A DNA stretch of 64,000 bases from the IMG/VR virus record IMGVR_UViG_3300009419_000009, positions 1 through 64,000 of that record; one strand, 5' to 3'. This document shows positions 45,587-59,200 of this stretch, piece after piece (positions within the stretch are counted from its first letter, which is position 1; every line of letters begins with the position of its first letter). The DNA is from an uncultured virus (IMG/VR IMGVR_UViG_3300009419_000009). Taxonomy: Duplodnaviria > Heunggongvirae > Uroviricota > Caudoviricetes. A model generated the notes under the pieces. It was not told the DNA's origin. It did no database searches and worked only from the letters and a program-made list of their open reading frames with translations. The translations under genes and the position numbers were made by a program.

Positions 45587-46783
45587 ATGCCTCGTTTGAG
45601 CTTATGGCGTGAAAATCACGGCGCCGATTACAAGTTTATAGATCGCCGCATAAGCGAAATGTTTACCATTGGCGGAACTGGTGTGTTGATCCACAAATAT
45701 CTGGGCACCACAAACGACAGCACCGAAGCAGATGCAACTCGTCCTGCCTATGCCAATCAAAGCGAACTAAACATTCAAGATTTATTGTTTTTGGAAAACC
45801 GCGATAGAAAGTACGAACCAGATGTGTACAGCATGCGCGGTATATATCAATTGACTGACAGCGATTTTGATCTAAAACAATTTGGTATTTTTCTTGCTAC
45901 TGGCACAACTTTCATGACGTTTCACATCAACGACATGATACAACTGCTAGGTCGTAGACTCATGGCAGGTGATGTACTTGAACTCATGCACCTCAAAGAC
46001 TATGATAGTCTGGACACGTCAGTTCCTTACGCACTCAAAAGATTCTACGTTATTGCTGAAGCCACTAGAGCCGCAGAAGGATTCTCACCAACTTGGTGGC
46101 CGCACCTGTGGCGTTGCAAACTACAACCGCTAGTGGACTCGCAAGAATACAAAGACATCTTGGACAAACTTTCTGCCAGCTCTGATCCATTTGCTGGTAA
46201 CATAAATGCAAACACCAATCCAAGCATTGGTTCAGTACTCAGTACCTACAGCAAGTACATGAGCATCAATGAAGCTATCATTGAACAAGCTGAAATAGAA
46301 TTACCCAAGAGTGGATACGATACCAGCAAATATTACACAGTTCCAGCCGAAGGCAAAGAGCTTGGAGACCCCGATGGTGTTAATGTTGCTGATCCAAATG
46401 TAAATGTTGCTACAGATTCGTTGACCGCAGACAGTGGAATAACATCACCGGCTGGCAAGATCCAAGGCTATTTGGCCGGAGATGGTTTGGCACCAAATGG
46501 ACTGGATGTAAGCATGGGTGTGGCATTTCCTAGCTCATCACTCAAAGGCGATTATTTCTTGCGTTTGGATTTTGTGCCCAATAGGCTGTTCCGATATGAT
46601 GGCAAACGCTGGGTCAAGATTGAAGATGCAGTTCGCACCAATCTTACCCCTGGCGCAGTAGACAACAAAACGGCACGAAATCTTTATGTTAATAACACCA
46701 ACACCTACACTGATTTGCAAGGCAACGTGCATCCACAAAGACAAAGCCTTAGCAAGGCACTTACCCCTGAGGCAGATAATTAA
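45587..46783 (+). CDS. Neck/head-closure protein (gp14-like)
   Basis: DLLF.E.R...Y, L.QFGIF, GD..EL; lies between gp13- and gp15-like genes. Confidence 0.65.
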   Translation: MPRLSLWRENHGADYKFIDRRISEMFTIGGTGVLIHKYLGTTNDSTEADATRPAYANQSELNIQDLLFLENRDRKYEPDVYSMRGIYQLTDSDFDLKQFGIFLATGTTFMTFHINDMIQLLGRRLMAGDVLELMHLKDYDSLDTSVPYALKRFYVIAEATRAAEGFSPTWWPHLWRCKLQPLVDSQEYKDILDKLSASSDPFAGNINANTNPSIGSVLSTYSKYMSINEAIIEQAEIELPKSGYDTSKYYTVPAEGKELGDPDGVNVADPNVNVATDSLTADSGITSPAGKIQGYLAGDGLAPNGLDVSMGVAFPSSSLKGDYFLRLDFVPNRLFRYDGKRWVKIEDAVRTNLTPGAVDNKTARNLYVNNTNTYTDLQGNVHPQRQSLSKALTPEADN

Positions 46784-48192
46784 TGGCTGTGCAATTTTTC
46801 TACGATAATCAAATCAGACGTTTTCTACTACAGTTCACACGTTTGGTCAGTAACTTCCAGGTGCAGTTTTCAACCACTGATGCCGCTACAGGCAAACTGG
46901 CGTTACAAACTGTACCAGTGTTCTATGGTGACGGTAGTCGTCAAGCATCTGCAATACTTCGCAACAACAGTGAGAATGCACTCAGCGCAGTTCCTGCCAT
47001 GGCATTTTATATTGCCAATCTACAGTATGATCGTCAACGCATACAGGATCCAAGTTTTATTGGAACAATGAACATACGAGAAAGACGCTACGATCCCAAT
47101 ACTGGCATGCAAACACACGAGCAAGGCGATACCTATACTGTTGAGCGTCCAATGCCAGTGCCGTATCTGATGACCTTGAAGTTGGATATCTGGACCAGCA
47201 ACACTGATCAAAAACTGCAACTTATTGAACAAATTGCCACACTGTTTAATCCCAGCTTGGAAATACAAAGCACTGACAACTACATTGACTGGACCAGTTT
47301 GAGCTATGTTATGTTAAGCGACATGACTTGGAGTAGCCGTAGTGTTCCAGTGGGCACCGATGATCCAATTGACATTGCCACAATGACTTTTGAGATGCCA
47401 ATTTGGATTGCACCTCCTGCCAAAGTTACACACATGAATGTTATACAACGTATTATTGCCAGTGTGTACGACAATGCAGGCAATTTGGACAAAGATATAT
47501 TTGATCCAGATAAAATTTTAATTCGTCGTGTTATGACTTTGCTTGGTTACGGTGTGGTGTTGGTTGGTAACAAACTCAAACTAGTAAAACAACAACAGGG
47601 CCTATCATCTGAAGAATTTGATATTACCACAGAAGTCTACGGCACTGACAAAGTTGTATGGCGCAATGTTCTAAACCAATACGGCACTATCACCAATGGT
47701 GTTAGTCAGATTCGATTAGAAACAGAAACTGGTGCAGAAGTAATTGGCACAGTGGCATTTGATCCAACTGATGAAGCACAGCTATTGTTTAATGTAATCA
47801 GCGACACTGTTCCTACCAATACCTTGAATTCAATCAATGCAATTATTGACCCATTCAAAAGCAACATTATCGAACTGCTGTTCAACAACGATGGTACATA
47901 TAAAGTAACTGCTGGAACCAGGTTCTTGATACTGAATGATATAGGATCAGAGTCTAGTACAGAATTTGCAAAAGCATGGGCACCGAACAATATTCCGGTT
48001 GTGGCACATGCCAATGATATTGTACAATATGATGGTTCGCGTTGGTCAGTGTCTTTCAACAGCAGAGATGCAACCACAGCGCACTATGTAACTAACACCA
48101 CTACCAATGTGCAGTATCGTTGGGATGGGGAAAATTGGGTAAAAAGCTATGAAGGCCTGTACAGAGAATCATCATGGAGACTAGTGTTGTAG
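46783..48192 (+). CDS. Tail sheath stabiliser / tail terminator (gp15-like)
   Basis: FFY..QIRR...QF, VP..YG, PVPY, Q..EQI...FNP. Confidence 0.82.
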   Translation: MAVQFFYDNQIRRFLLQFTRLVSNFQVQFSTTDAATGKLALQTVPVFYGDGSRQASAILRNNSENALSAVPAMAFYIANLQYDRQRIQDPSFIGTMNIRERRYDPNTGMQTHEQGDTYTVERPMPVPYLMTLKLDIWTSNTDQKLQLIEQIATLFNPSLEIQSTDNYIDWTSLSYVMLSDMTWSSRSVPVGTDDPIDIATMTFEMPIWIAPPAKVTHMNVIQRIIASVYDNAGNLDKDIFDPDKILIRRVMTLLGYGVVLVGNKLKLVKQQQGLSSEEFDITTEVYGTDKVVWRNVLNQYGTITNGVSQIRLETETGAEVIGTVAFDPTDEAQLLFNVISDTVPTNTLNSINAIIDPFKSNIIELLFNNDGTYKVTAGTRFLILNDIGSESSTEFAKAWAPNNIPVVAHANDIVQYDGSRWSVSFNSRDATTAHYVTNTTTNVQYRWDGENWVKSYEGLYRESSWRLVL

Positions 48193-48605
48193 AAAGCTCC
48201 GGAGCATTGATCTATGCCAAGAACACGCATAGGTACTTGTTCCTGCTGAGAACCAGCAGTAAGTATCGAAACAGTTGGGGACTTGTGGGCGGCAAAATTG
48301 AAGCAGGAGAAACCATAGTACAAGGCCTGCGACGAGAAATACTTGAAGAACTTGGCGGTGAAATCAAAGATGCAAAAATTCGCCCAATTGAAAAATTCAC
48401 CAGCGACAACAACCAATTTTGTTATCACACTTTTTTAATTGTAGTTGATGAGGAATTTATTCCCCAACTCAACAACGAGCACGACGGCTATTGTTGGGTT
48501 CCGTTAGAAAAATATCCAAAGCCATTACACCCAGGAGTTTGGCGTACATTCAAATTTGATGTAATCATCAATAAAATAAAAACAATTGAAAAAATTGTCA
48601 AGTGA
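48174..48605 (+). CDS. Nudix hydrolase
   Basis: GGKIEAGETIVQGLRREILEELG Nudix box. Confidence 0.92.
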   Translation: METSVVESSGALIYAKNTHRYLFLLRTSSKYRNSWGLVGGKIEAGETIVQGLRREILEELGGEIKDAKIRPIEKFTSDNNQFCYHTFLIVVDEEFIPQLNNEHDGYCWVPLEKYPKPLHPGVWRTFKFDVIINKIKTIEKIVK

Positions 48606-49344
48606 CGCCAAGGTCGGCTTCAATGATATATTGGTTAAAACTAATCTGTCTAAAATTAGATAACTTGCGCCACGCTGGCGGGCATACATAATTTGGTGTG
48701 CTGGTGACTCTAACAAATTCTACTTCGTTATAAACTGACATCACATGCTCCATGGACAGTATCCAGTAGTCGTCACTGTAGTTGTGTGATGGATCTGCAT
48801 AGCCTGGAGTGCCAGCATAGACATTGTTGTTGTAGTTGGCGCCAGCTGAATTGTCAAAACCCAGTAGATATATTTTTTCATGTCCATCAAAGCAAGCCAA
48901 GTACACAGCAACCGTACCTGCATTGCTCACGTAGTCTTGCGGAACTAGATAAAATTTATTTGGATATTTAAGAATTTTGTCGCTGTTGGCATACACAATG
49001 TTTCTGTCACAGTAGCCATTGTCTGCAATTTCATCGCATATGTCGTTGCCAACTGCAACTAAGAATGTTGGGTTGATATCTCTATATGCGGCATTACATG
49101 CATAGGTCTGCATGCTCTTAGCACCTAGCCTTCCGGCTAAGTGCGTCATGAGTAACTTGGTAGGGAATGTTTTTCTAGAACTACCATTGCCAATGATTGT
49201 GGCAATTTTGGAGAGTTGGTTGTTGGCTACTGCTGTAGGAACCCACTCGGTTTTGTAAAGCCATTCAGATCCTCGAAACGCGGCCTCGGTGGTAATACGC
49301 TCACCACCGTAATTGGCCCTATAGATCTTGTTTAGCTTTTGCAA
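48598..49344 (-). CDS. Hypothetical Maf/glycosyltransferase-like Rossmann protein
   Basis: IIGNG.SR, Y.CNA.YR, IYLLGFD motifs; TTG start. Confidence 0.55.
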   Translation of the reverse strand: MQKLNKIYRANYGGERITTEAAFRGSEWLYKTEWVPTAVANNQLSKIATIIGNGSSRKTFPTKLLMTHLAGRLGAKSMQTYACNAAYRDINPTFLVAVGNDICDEIADNGYCDRNIVYANSDKILKYPNKFYLVPQDYVSNAGTVAVYLACFDGHEKIYLLGFDNSAGANYNNNVYAGTPGYADPSHNYSDDYWILSMEHVMSVYNEVEFVRVTSTPNYVCPPAWRKLSNFRQISFNQYIIEADLGVT

Positions 49345-49346
49345 CT

Positions 49347-49685
49347 TTAGACACCGAAGATAATCCCAACGGAGTCAACGTAGCTCTTTGGAACAATGCT
49401 GTATGCTGTGAACGCACTAGTTGGTGCGGATGCGTAACTCAATGTACCACTAACTGTAAAGTTCTGTACAGTCATGTTGCCAGTAAAAGTAGGACTAGTC
49501 AATGTTTTATTGGCCAGTGTCTGTGTGGCTGTTAGGCTAACCAACTCAGAGATACCACCAGCGGTTGAACCGTCGTGAACAATCAGAGTTTGTTTATTTG
49601 TATCGAGAGTAACTTCACCAACCGCACCAGTGAATGTGCTGTGTTGTACTGATGTACCTCTGCGAAATTGTACTTGTGCAGTCAT
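49347..49685 (-). CDS. Small fibre-type protein (Mtd N-terminal-like)
   Basis: QFRRGT...H..FTGA.GE.T.DT......VHDG.T.GG. Confidence 0.75.
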   Translation of the reverse strand: MTAQVQFRRGTSVQHSTFTGAVGEVTLDTNKQTLIVHDGSTAGGISELVSLTATQTLANKTLTSPTFTGNMTVQNFTVSGTLSYASAPTSAFTAYSIVPKSYVDSVGIIFGV

Positions 49686-49686
49686 T

Positions 49687-50244
49687 TTATGCTATACTCC
49701 CGTAATCTTGTTGGAAATTTGGTGCGTTGGTAATTAAGCCGTAATCAGCTGTGAAATTGTTTGTGGTAACTGGCGCACCGTTAATTGTAACGATACCTTT
49801 GAAATCCCAATTTTCTGGACTTACCCATTGTCCATCATAAACGCTGATGTTACCGTATATGCCGCCTGGACCAATGCTGATTCCGCCGCCTCGTGCTTGT
49901 GTTGCACTGGCTGCGTTATTTGCCAGGGTAATATTCTTGTCATTGGTTGTGATTTCTGTGGTACCTACAGTAGTAGTGTTACCTGCAATAAACAAGTTAC
50001 CAATAACATAAACATCGCTTAACGCACTTACTAATCCGCCCACGTTTAGTCGTCCAACAACACCAGCGCCGCCTGTAACTACTAAAGCACCTGTTGTTGG
50101 GCTTAGGCTGGTTGCACCAGCAATAGTTACGTTGGAAATCTGGGTAGCTTGACGTGTCCACGTACCGTAGGTGGAGTTATAGGTATACAGAATGTTATTA
50201 ACTGTAGCCTGTTGTCCATTAACTGGTGATGATGGAAATGCCAT
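49687..50244 (-). CDS. Fibre-associated structural protein
   Basis: FP.SP.NGQ....N...Y.Y.....W and TGALVV.GG.G motifs. Confidence 0.65.
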   Translation of the reverse strand: MAFPSSPVNGQQATVNNILYTYNSTYGTWTRQATQISNVTIAGATSLSPTTGALVVTGGAGVVGRLNVGGLVSALSDVYVIGNLFIAGNTTTVGTTEITTNDKNITLANNAASATQARGGGISIGPGGIYGNISVYDGQWVSPENWDFKGIVTINGAPVTTNNFTADYGLITNAPNFQQDYGSIA

Positions 50245-50291
50245 TTTTACCGTACCTTTTTCTTGTCAAAGTATTTATGCCGAACTCAAAA

Positions 50292-53200
50292 TTACCATGT
50301 GTACAAGCCTGCACGTACCCAGCTATTTGGTGCTACGCACACGTACAACCAGCCGCCATCCCAGGTAATTTCCCCAGTAAGTCCTGGGCTACCCGGAGTG
50401 GCAGGGCTTTGAGTTTTGGTTACACGGAAACGCTCTACTTTGAGAGTGCCCGTAGTTTTATCAAAAGCAAAGTTTGCATTTGCTCCAAAAGTGCCATTGT
50501 CGTTGAACTGTACTTCGCCGTCTCCGCCAGCAATATCCTGACTTGGAAGTACAGCACGTAGCGGAGTAGAGAACAGATCTATCCAGTATTCATTTGTGCC
50601 ATCAAATATGTAACGGTATAAAATGTCTGTGCCACTTTGATACCACATGTCGCCGTTGACTGGGCCAGGCGGTGGGGTCGGGCTTGTGGTAGTTTTGATA
50701 CCACCGCCTTGGTATATTAAGTTGCCGTTTACTGTGAAATCAGTGAAGCTAATATTTGGTGTAAAACCAATGCTGATTGTATTGCCAGCAACTGTGGTAC
50801 TGATTTGATTTGGTACGCCAACAACAACCAGTGTGTTGCCACCATTGATTGAGCTGGTTCCTACATTACCAACCAAGCCAAATGTTGTGCTAACTGAATT
50901 ACTTGTGATGCTGGTGATACGACCTTTGTCGTCTACAACCACAGTTGGTATACTTGTTGCACTTCCGTAGTTGCCTGCCGCAACACCTGTAGGTGTTAGG
51001 TCAAGTCCTAGGTTAAAACCGTTTGTAATATTAGCAACAATATTCTGTGTGTTAGCAACAGTTGTAGTTACAAAACTCACACCGTTCGCATAGTAGTAGT
51101 TGTCGCTGACAATACCATTACCAATCACGTTTCCAATAGTTTGAAAGTCGCCAAGCCCATCAAAATCGTTTGTGATATTTGCCACAGTGGCAGACGCAAA
51201 GTCAACCCAGTATGTGTTTGTACCATCATCAATGTATTGATACAAGATATCAGTATCAGTCTTGTACCACTGGTCACCCACAGTTGGACTTGCTGGAGCA
51301 CTGATACTGGTTGTCTTACGAATACCACCACCTACTACGTTGCCGGTAATTGTTACATTGCCGCCAATTGTGGCACTACCAATCACATCCAAACTAGCAA
51401 TAGATCCAAAGCCACCGTTGGCAATAGTCAACCCACCAATGACGGCAGTTGTACCTGTTGCCGTGATATTACCGTTTAGCGCAGTAAAACCATTGACAGC
51501 CAAGTATGAGCCTGTTGCACTCAGGTTACCAGGTACAACAGATAGTCCACCAACTGTCAGTTGCCCAGTTGCTGTTACATTACCATTATTTGTGCTGAAT
51601 CCATATGCTGTAATATTACCAGCAGTTAGATTACCAACCACTGCATTGCCTGCAATACTTAAAGTTGCACCAGCAACACTTGTGTTAGAAACAATGCTTT
51701 GCCCAGTAATGGTGTCTAACGCAGTTACCTTACCAGTCAAGTTAATGTTGCCTGTTATGCCAACACCGCCAATCACAACCACAGCGCCGGTTGTTTGATC
51801 TGTACTCAATGTGCCAGAAACAAATCCTACGTCACTGCCATACTGTGAGTTTGCCACCGTGATGTTGGCAATTGCCGCACTAGTATAGTCAATCCAGTAT
51901 GTGCTTGTGCCATCATTGACAAATTGATAGTACACATCTGTGTCTGTTTTGTACCAAACATCGCCCACAATTGGATTTGCTGGGGTAAAAGTTTGAGCAT
52001 ACTTGCGAAGTCCGCCACCAGATATATTGCCAGTAACAATGACATCACCACCTGCTGTGATGTTGCCAATTACTCCTAGACTTGTAATGTCTGCAAACGA
52101 TCCATTTTCAATTGTGAGTCCACCAACAACAGCGCGAGCACCTGTTGACAATATGTTGCCATTGCTGGTACTAAACCCTTGAGCTGTGATATTGCCAGCT
52201 GTGACACTTAGCCCGGCTGCTGAGAAATACTGTCCTGTAGCAACAAGATTTCCGCCTGTTGTGGTAATTCCTTGTGCTGTTAAATATCCGCCAACATTGG
52301 CATTTGAGTATGTGCCAAAATAATATCCGTCTAGGATACTTGCGCCATTTGGATATGTGAACGCAGTTGCACGTATTGCTGGAGTGTACACAGTGCCGGC
52401 AATAACATTGCCAACTGTGATATTGGCACTGATGTTTACATCGCCTACAACACCAACACCACCTGCAACACGCAATGCACCAGAGGTTGAATCTATACTA
52501 GGCGTGCCGCTAACAATTTCTAAATCACTAACTGTTTCTGCGCTTTGTGTTACATTTGCAACAGTTGGACTGACCATGTCAACCCAATAAGTGCCAGTTC
52601 CATCATTGATGTACTCATAGTAGACATCAGTATCTGTTTTGTACCAGATGTCTCCTACTATTGGATTCACAGGAGCATTAGTGCTTGTGGTTTTACGAAT
52701 ACCACCGCCCGTGACATTGCCTGTGATTGTAACATCACCACCAATTGTAGCTGAGCCAACTACACCTAAACTTGCCAGTGAGCCAAAGCCACCATTGATA
52801 ATTTCAAGTCCACCAATCTGAGCATAGGTACCAGTTGCAATTACATTACCGTTGCTGGTTGAGAATCCATAAGCTGTGATATTGCCTGCTGTGACACTCA
52901 ATCCACCAGCTGAAAAATAAGAACCAGTTGCGCTTAGATTACCCGGAATTTGTGCTAGGCCGCCAACTGTCAGTTGCCCAGTTGCTGTTACATTGCCATT
53001 GTTAGTGGAGAATCCATAGCCTGTGATATTACCAGCAGTTAGATTACCAACTACGGCAGCACCTGCAATACTCAGTGTTGCACCTGTGATGCTGGTATTA
53101 GATACAATGCGTTGACCAGTAACGGTATCTAGTGCTGTCACTTGTCCGGTTAAATTAATATTTCCTGTGACGCCAACACCACCAATCACAACCACAGCAC

Positions 53201-56200
53201 CTGTTGTTTGGTCTGTACTCAATGTGCCGGAAACAAATCCTACATCAGTTCCGTATTGAGCATTGGCTGTGCTGATATTTGCTACTGTGGCGCTAGTGTA
53301 GTCAATCCAGTAGGTATTGGTACCGTCATTGACATATTGATAAAATACGTCAGTGTCTGTTTTGTACCAAACATCTCCTTGTACTGGATTTACTGGAGCA
53401 GTAGTGCTTTGTGTTTTGCGGATGCCGCCGCCTGTGATGTTACCAGTTACTGCAAGGTCGTTGCCAATTGTGACTGAGCCAATTACTCCCAAACTTGCAA
53501 CATTTCCAAACGCACCATTTTCAATGGTGAGTCCACCAACAACTGCTCGAGAACCTGTGGTAATCAAATTGCCGTTGTTGGTTGAGAATCCATACCCAAC
53601 AATGTTGCCTAGAGTTACATTTCCTGCTAGAGCAGTTAGACCGCCTGCTGAAAAATACTGTCCTGTAGCAGTGACATTGCCGTATTCTGCTTGGAATCCG
53701 CCGCCGGTAATTTTGTTACCGCGACCAATAATGTTTCCATTGACGCCAACAAACTCGCCAAACTCGGCATAGCTTTGTGACACAAAATATCTGTCAATTT
53801 CAATAGCCCCTTGGATAAACAAGTTGCCACCAATACTGGCACCACCATTGCCTGCAATTACCAGTGCACCAGTGTTGTGCTGTGTTGCTCTAGCGTCGCC
53901 ATCAATAACAACATTACCGCTAATGGTTGCATTAGCGCCAAGATTTAGATTTCCAGTTGCACCAATGCCGCCAACCACAGTGAGTGCGCCTGTGCTGGTG
54001 CTGGTACTTTCTGTGCCGCTGGCAATTGAAAAATTACTATTGGTACTGTTGTCAACTGCGGCGTTACTTACTGTTGCGCCTGCATAATCAATCCAGTAAC
54101 TGGCAGTGCCATCATTGATGTATTGATAGTACACATCTGTGTCTGTCTTGTACCAAACATCGCCTTGCACTGGGTTCACAGGAGGTGTTGTGCTTTGTGT
54201 TTTGCGTAGGCCACCACCAGTGATGTTGCCAGTTACTGCAAGATCAGCGCCCACAGTTGCTGAACCAATCACGCCCAAACTTGCAAGACTGCTCAACCCA
54301 CCGTTGCTGATAACTAGTCCGCCAATATTAGCACTTGGTGCAAAAATATTACCAGCTGTTGCTGTAAATCCACCTGCGCTCAAATAACTGCCTGTGGCAA
54401 CAATATTTCCGTCAGCAATAGTAACGTTACGAGCTGTTAGGTAAGCAGTGACATTGGCATTGGAGTAGGTACCTTCATTGCCAACCAAAATGCTCACACC
54501 ATTGGCATAAGTGAATGCAGTACCTGTAACAGTGCCGTCTGCTTTTAAGTTTCCACCTAGATTTACATTACCAACAACACCAACACCTCCTACAACTTGT
54601 AGTGCGCCGGTTGAATTACTAGTGCTGAGTGTGCCGCTAGCAATTAAAAAATCACTGTTGGTGCTGTTGTTAACAGTGGCATTGGAAATAGTAGCGCCAA
54701 TGTAGTCTACCCAATAGTTGTTTGTACCGTCATTGATGTACTGATAGTACACATCAGTATCAGTTTTGTACCAAACATCACCCACCACTGGATTTGCAGG
54801 AGCACCTAATTGTGCATACTTGCGTAGTCCACCGCCAGTGATATTGCCAGACAATGTGACATCTCTAGCAACAATATCCAATGCTGAAACATTGGCAGCA
54901 ATTATATTACCAGCCGCAATGTTACCAGTTGTGATTGCTCCAGTCAAGTAAGCGGCTACATTGGTATTGCTGAATGTACCTGTGATACGCGATGCTAAAG
55001 ATTGACCGTTTGCAAATATAAAATTGTCTGAACGGAAACTGGTTGCTGTTGCATTGCCAGCAAATACATTTCCAGTTATGCCAACACCGCCAACAACAGT
55101 CAACGCACCTGTATCAACATCAGTGCTTTCTGTACCGCTGGCAACACGATAATCATTATTGGTGCTTGCAGAAACTGCGGCATTAGAAACAGTTGCACCT
55201 ACATAGTCAATCCAGTATTTGTTGGTACCATCTGATGTGTACTGATAGTACACATCCGTATCAGTTTTGTACCACAGGTCACCAACTGTTGGATTAACAG
55301 GAGCAGTTGTGCTTTGTGTTTTACGCACACCGCCAGCAACAATGTTTCCTGTAACAGTTACATCACCACCAACTGCAAGTGCGCCAGCTATGTCAGCACG
55401 AGCAATGGATGCAATACCTGTGGACAAATTGGCACTGGTTAAATTACCGCCAATTGTGCCTGCACCTGTTACTGCAAGAGTAGCAGACTGTAGGTTGAGA
55501 TTTGCTGTGATGTTGTTTGCAACCAGGTTGGCACCAATTATTGACAAACCACCCACATACAAGTTTTCAGTGATGCCCACACCGCCAGTGATTCTTGCCG
55601 CACCTGTTATGGTGCTGGTGCTAGAGGTGCCAGTCACAACCTCCAAATCAGACAACAAGCCAGTGCTTGGACTTGCGTTACTTACACTAGGACCAACATA
55701 GTCAATCCAGAAATTGTTTGTGCCATCGTGTGTGTATTGGTACAAAACGTCTGTGTCAGTCTTGTACCAAATATCACCCACTGTTGGGTTGGCTGGTGCG
55801 TTGATACTTGTGGTCTTGCGAATACCACCACCAACCACTCGTCCTGTGACATCCAAGTTGCCGCCAATGGTTGCAGCGCCACTGATAGCCATTGCTCCAG
55901 CAATGTCAGCACGGCCAGCTAGGCTCATGTTGGTACCAGATAGGTTACCAGATAAGTTTGTTGGGCCAGCTACTGTTAAACTGTCTGCGGCAAGAGCACC
56001 ACCAATATTGGTGTTGGCACTTACACCAAGTCCACCAGTGACTACCAATGCACCTGTTGTGGTACTAGTACTTTGAACACCGCTAATGGCACGTAGTTGT
56101 CCTTGTGCGCTTACAATACCGCCTGCAAAGATATTACCAACAACACCTACACCACCAACAACTGTAATTGCACCAGTATCGGTATTGATGCTTTCTGTAC

Positions 56201-59200
56201 CACTTGCCACACGCAAGTCAACTGATTGGCTTGCAGTAGTTGCGGCATTGCTTACTGTGGCACTTACATAGTCAATCCAATAATTGGTTGTTCCGTCATT
56301 GACATAGGTGTAGTAAACATCTGTGTCTGTTTTGTACCATACATCGCCCACTGCTGGGGAAACTGGAGCAGTTGTCTGTGCATACTTACGGATACCAGGA
56401 GCATCAATGCTTGTGGTTACATTTAGAGTTGGTACTGTCAGTGTACTACTCAGATTCAATGTTGTCAAGTTTGCAGAAGAAGCAAACAACGATGTGAATG
56501 TACCCACGCCTGCATTTACATTGCCTGTTACGTTTACATGCTGACCAACACTCAAAGTTTTGGCTACGCTGGCATTGCCTGCTGTGTTAATTTTGAACGC
56601 ATCAGCTTGTACTGTGGATCCAATTGCATTCTTAATGCCAATACTGAATGTGTTGGCGTTGATACCAAATGGAGTTGCACCAGTTAGTTCATTGTTCAGT
56701 GCATCAATTTCAAAGCCGCCACCTGCCACGCTGGTCTTGATTCCAAGTACGTCATCTGCGGCATCGCTAGAACGAACTTGTACTGTGTAATTTGGTGTGC
56801 CTGGGCCGTGAATAACAACGTTACCGTAGCTGTCAATACCATCTGCAACGTTTAGATAACCTGCGGTCACTGCGGTACATGCTGTGAATGTACCATCAAT
56901 TGAGAAGTCGCCGGTGACATTGATATCACCTGTTACTCCAACTCCACCAACCACTACCAACGCACCAGTGTCAGCATCTGTGCTTGCTGTTCCACTTGCA
57001 ATGGTAAAATCATTATTTGTACTGTTGTCAACTGCGGCGTTGGAAACAGTAGCACCTACATAGTCAATCCAATAACTGCTGGTACCGTCATTGACATAGG
57101 TGTAGTAAACATCAGTATCAGTTTTGTACCAAACATCTCCTGGTACTGCATTGGCGGGTTTGGTAGTTTGAGCATACTTGCGCACACCGCCTGCAACGAT
57201 ATTGCCAGATGCAATAATGTCGCGAGTTATGTTTACGTTACCAGTTACATCTACGTTGGCACCAAATGTTGCGGCACCAATCACACCCAAAGTTGGTAGG
57301 CTTGGCAAGCCACCATTGTTGATAACTAGTCCGCCAATTGTGGCTGTTGTACCAGTGGCAACTACATTACCATTTGTTACGCTGATACCACCTGCAGAAA
57401 AATATGTGCCAGAGCTGGTGATATTACCAACTGCTGTTAGTTTGTTTACATTGGTGTCACCAATTACCTGCAAGGTTGTTGTCTGCAGGTTGTTGTTTGC
57501 TAGAATATTGCCAGCAGTTAAATTGCCACCAAAGTCAGCAATACCAGTGGTATAGATATTGCCAATTAAACCAATACCACCTTGGACTCGAACAGCACCT
57601 GTTGTTGTGCTTGTGCTTTGAGTATCAGTTGTGATAACAATATCGTAGGCAATTTGATCGCTTGTGATAGACGCATTAGAAACTGTAGCACCAGCAACGT
57701 CAACCCAATATTTGGTTGTGCCATCGTTGATGTATTGGTACAGTGTATCAGTATCTGACTTGTACCACTGATCACCCACAACAGGGTTGACTGGTGCAGA
57801 TGCACTGGTGGTCTTGCGAATACCGCCACCAGTAACATTGCCAGTGATTGTGACATCACCACCAATGGTGGCTCCACCAATCACATTCAAATTTGCAAGC
57901 GAACCAATGCCACCTGCTTCAATTATCACGCCGCCAATGTTGGCAGATGCGGTTTTCAAGTTACCTGCGGTAACTGTCATACCAGCTGTGCTCAAGAAGC
58001 CATCGCTGATGGTTGTGGTACGAGCTGTTAGGTAAGCAGTGACATTGGCGTTGGAGTACGTGCCTTCATTGCCAACCAGGATACTTACACCATTTGCATA
58101 AGTGAATCCTGTACCAACAACAACTCCAGATGAATTCACTGTTGTGGCTGTTATTGTACCTGTTGTTACATTTCCTGCATTGACATTGCCAGAAATGCCT
58201 GCGCCGCCAGTTACTTGTAATGCACCGCTTGTGGTGTTTGTGCTTGGTGTACCAGAAACAATTTGTAAATCCTGCAAGCTCTGTGGACTTGTGGGATTTG
58301 CATTAGAAACTGTGGCACTGGTGTAATCAATCCAGTACTTGCTAGTACCGTCATCAACGTATTGATAAAATACATCGGTGTCTGTTTTGTACCAAACGTC
58401 ACCAACTATTGGGTTGGCAGGGGCTCCTGGTTGAGCATACTTGCGAAGGCCACCTGCGCTAATATTGCCAGTAATAGCAACATCACCAGTAATAGCAACA
58501 TTGCCACCAATTGTTGCTGCACCCAACACGCCCAAACTTGCCAGCTGACCAATACCACCTGACTCAATAACAACACCACCAATGTTGGCAGATGTAGTTT
58601 TTAGATTGCCTGCTGTGACAGTCATGCCTGCTGAAGACAGGAAGCCATCACTTATAGTTGTTGTACGTGCTGTTAGATATGCTGTTACATTTGCGTTGGA
58701 GTATGTGCCTTCGTTACCAACCAGGATACTTACACCATTGGCATAGGTAAAGTTACCAGCAGATACTGTGGCAGTGGATAGGTTGCCAACAAATACATTT
58801 CCGCTTGCGCCAATTCCGCCTTGTACAACCAATGCACCAGTTGATGTACTTGTGCTTGGTGTGCCGCTTACGATCTGTAGGTCTTGCAGGCTTTGTGATG
58901 TGGTTGGACTTGCATTAGAAACTGTGGCACTTGAGTAGTCAACCCAGTACTTGTTTGTGCCATCATTGATGTATTGATAGTACACATCTGTGTCTGTCTT
59001 GTACCACACATCGCCCACAACAGGGTTAGTAGGTGCGCCTGCCTGGGCATACTTGCGCAGTCCGCCACCTGTTATGTTGCCTGTAACAGCTAGGTCAGCA
59101 CCAATAGTGGCAGCACCCAACACACCCAAACTTCCAGCTGACCAATGCCGCCTGACTCAATGATAACACCGCCAATGTTGGCAGATGTTGTGCGAATGTT

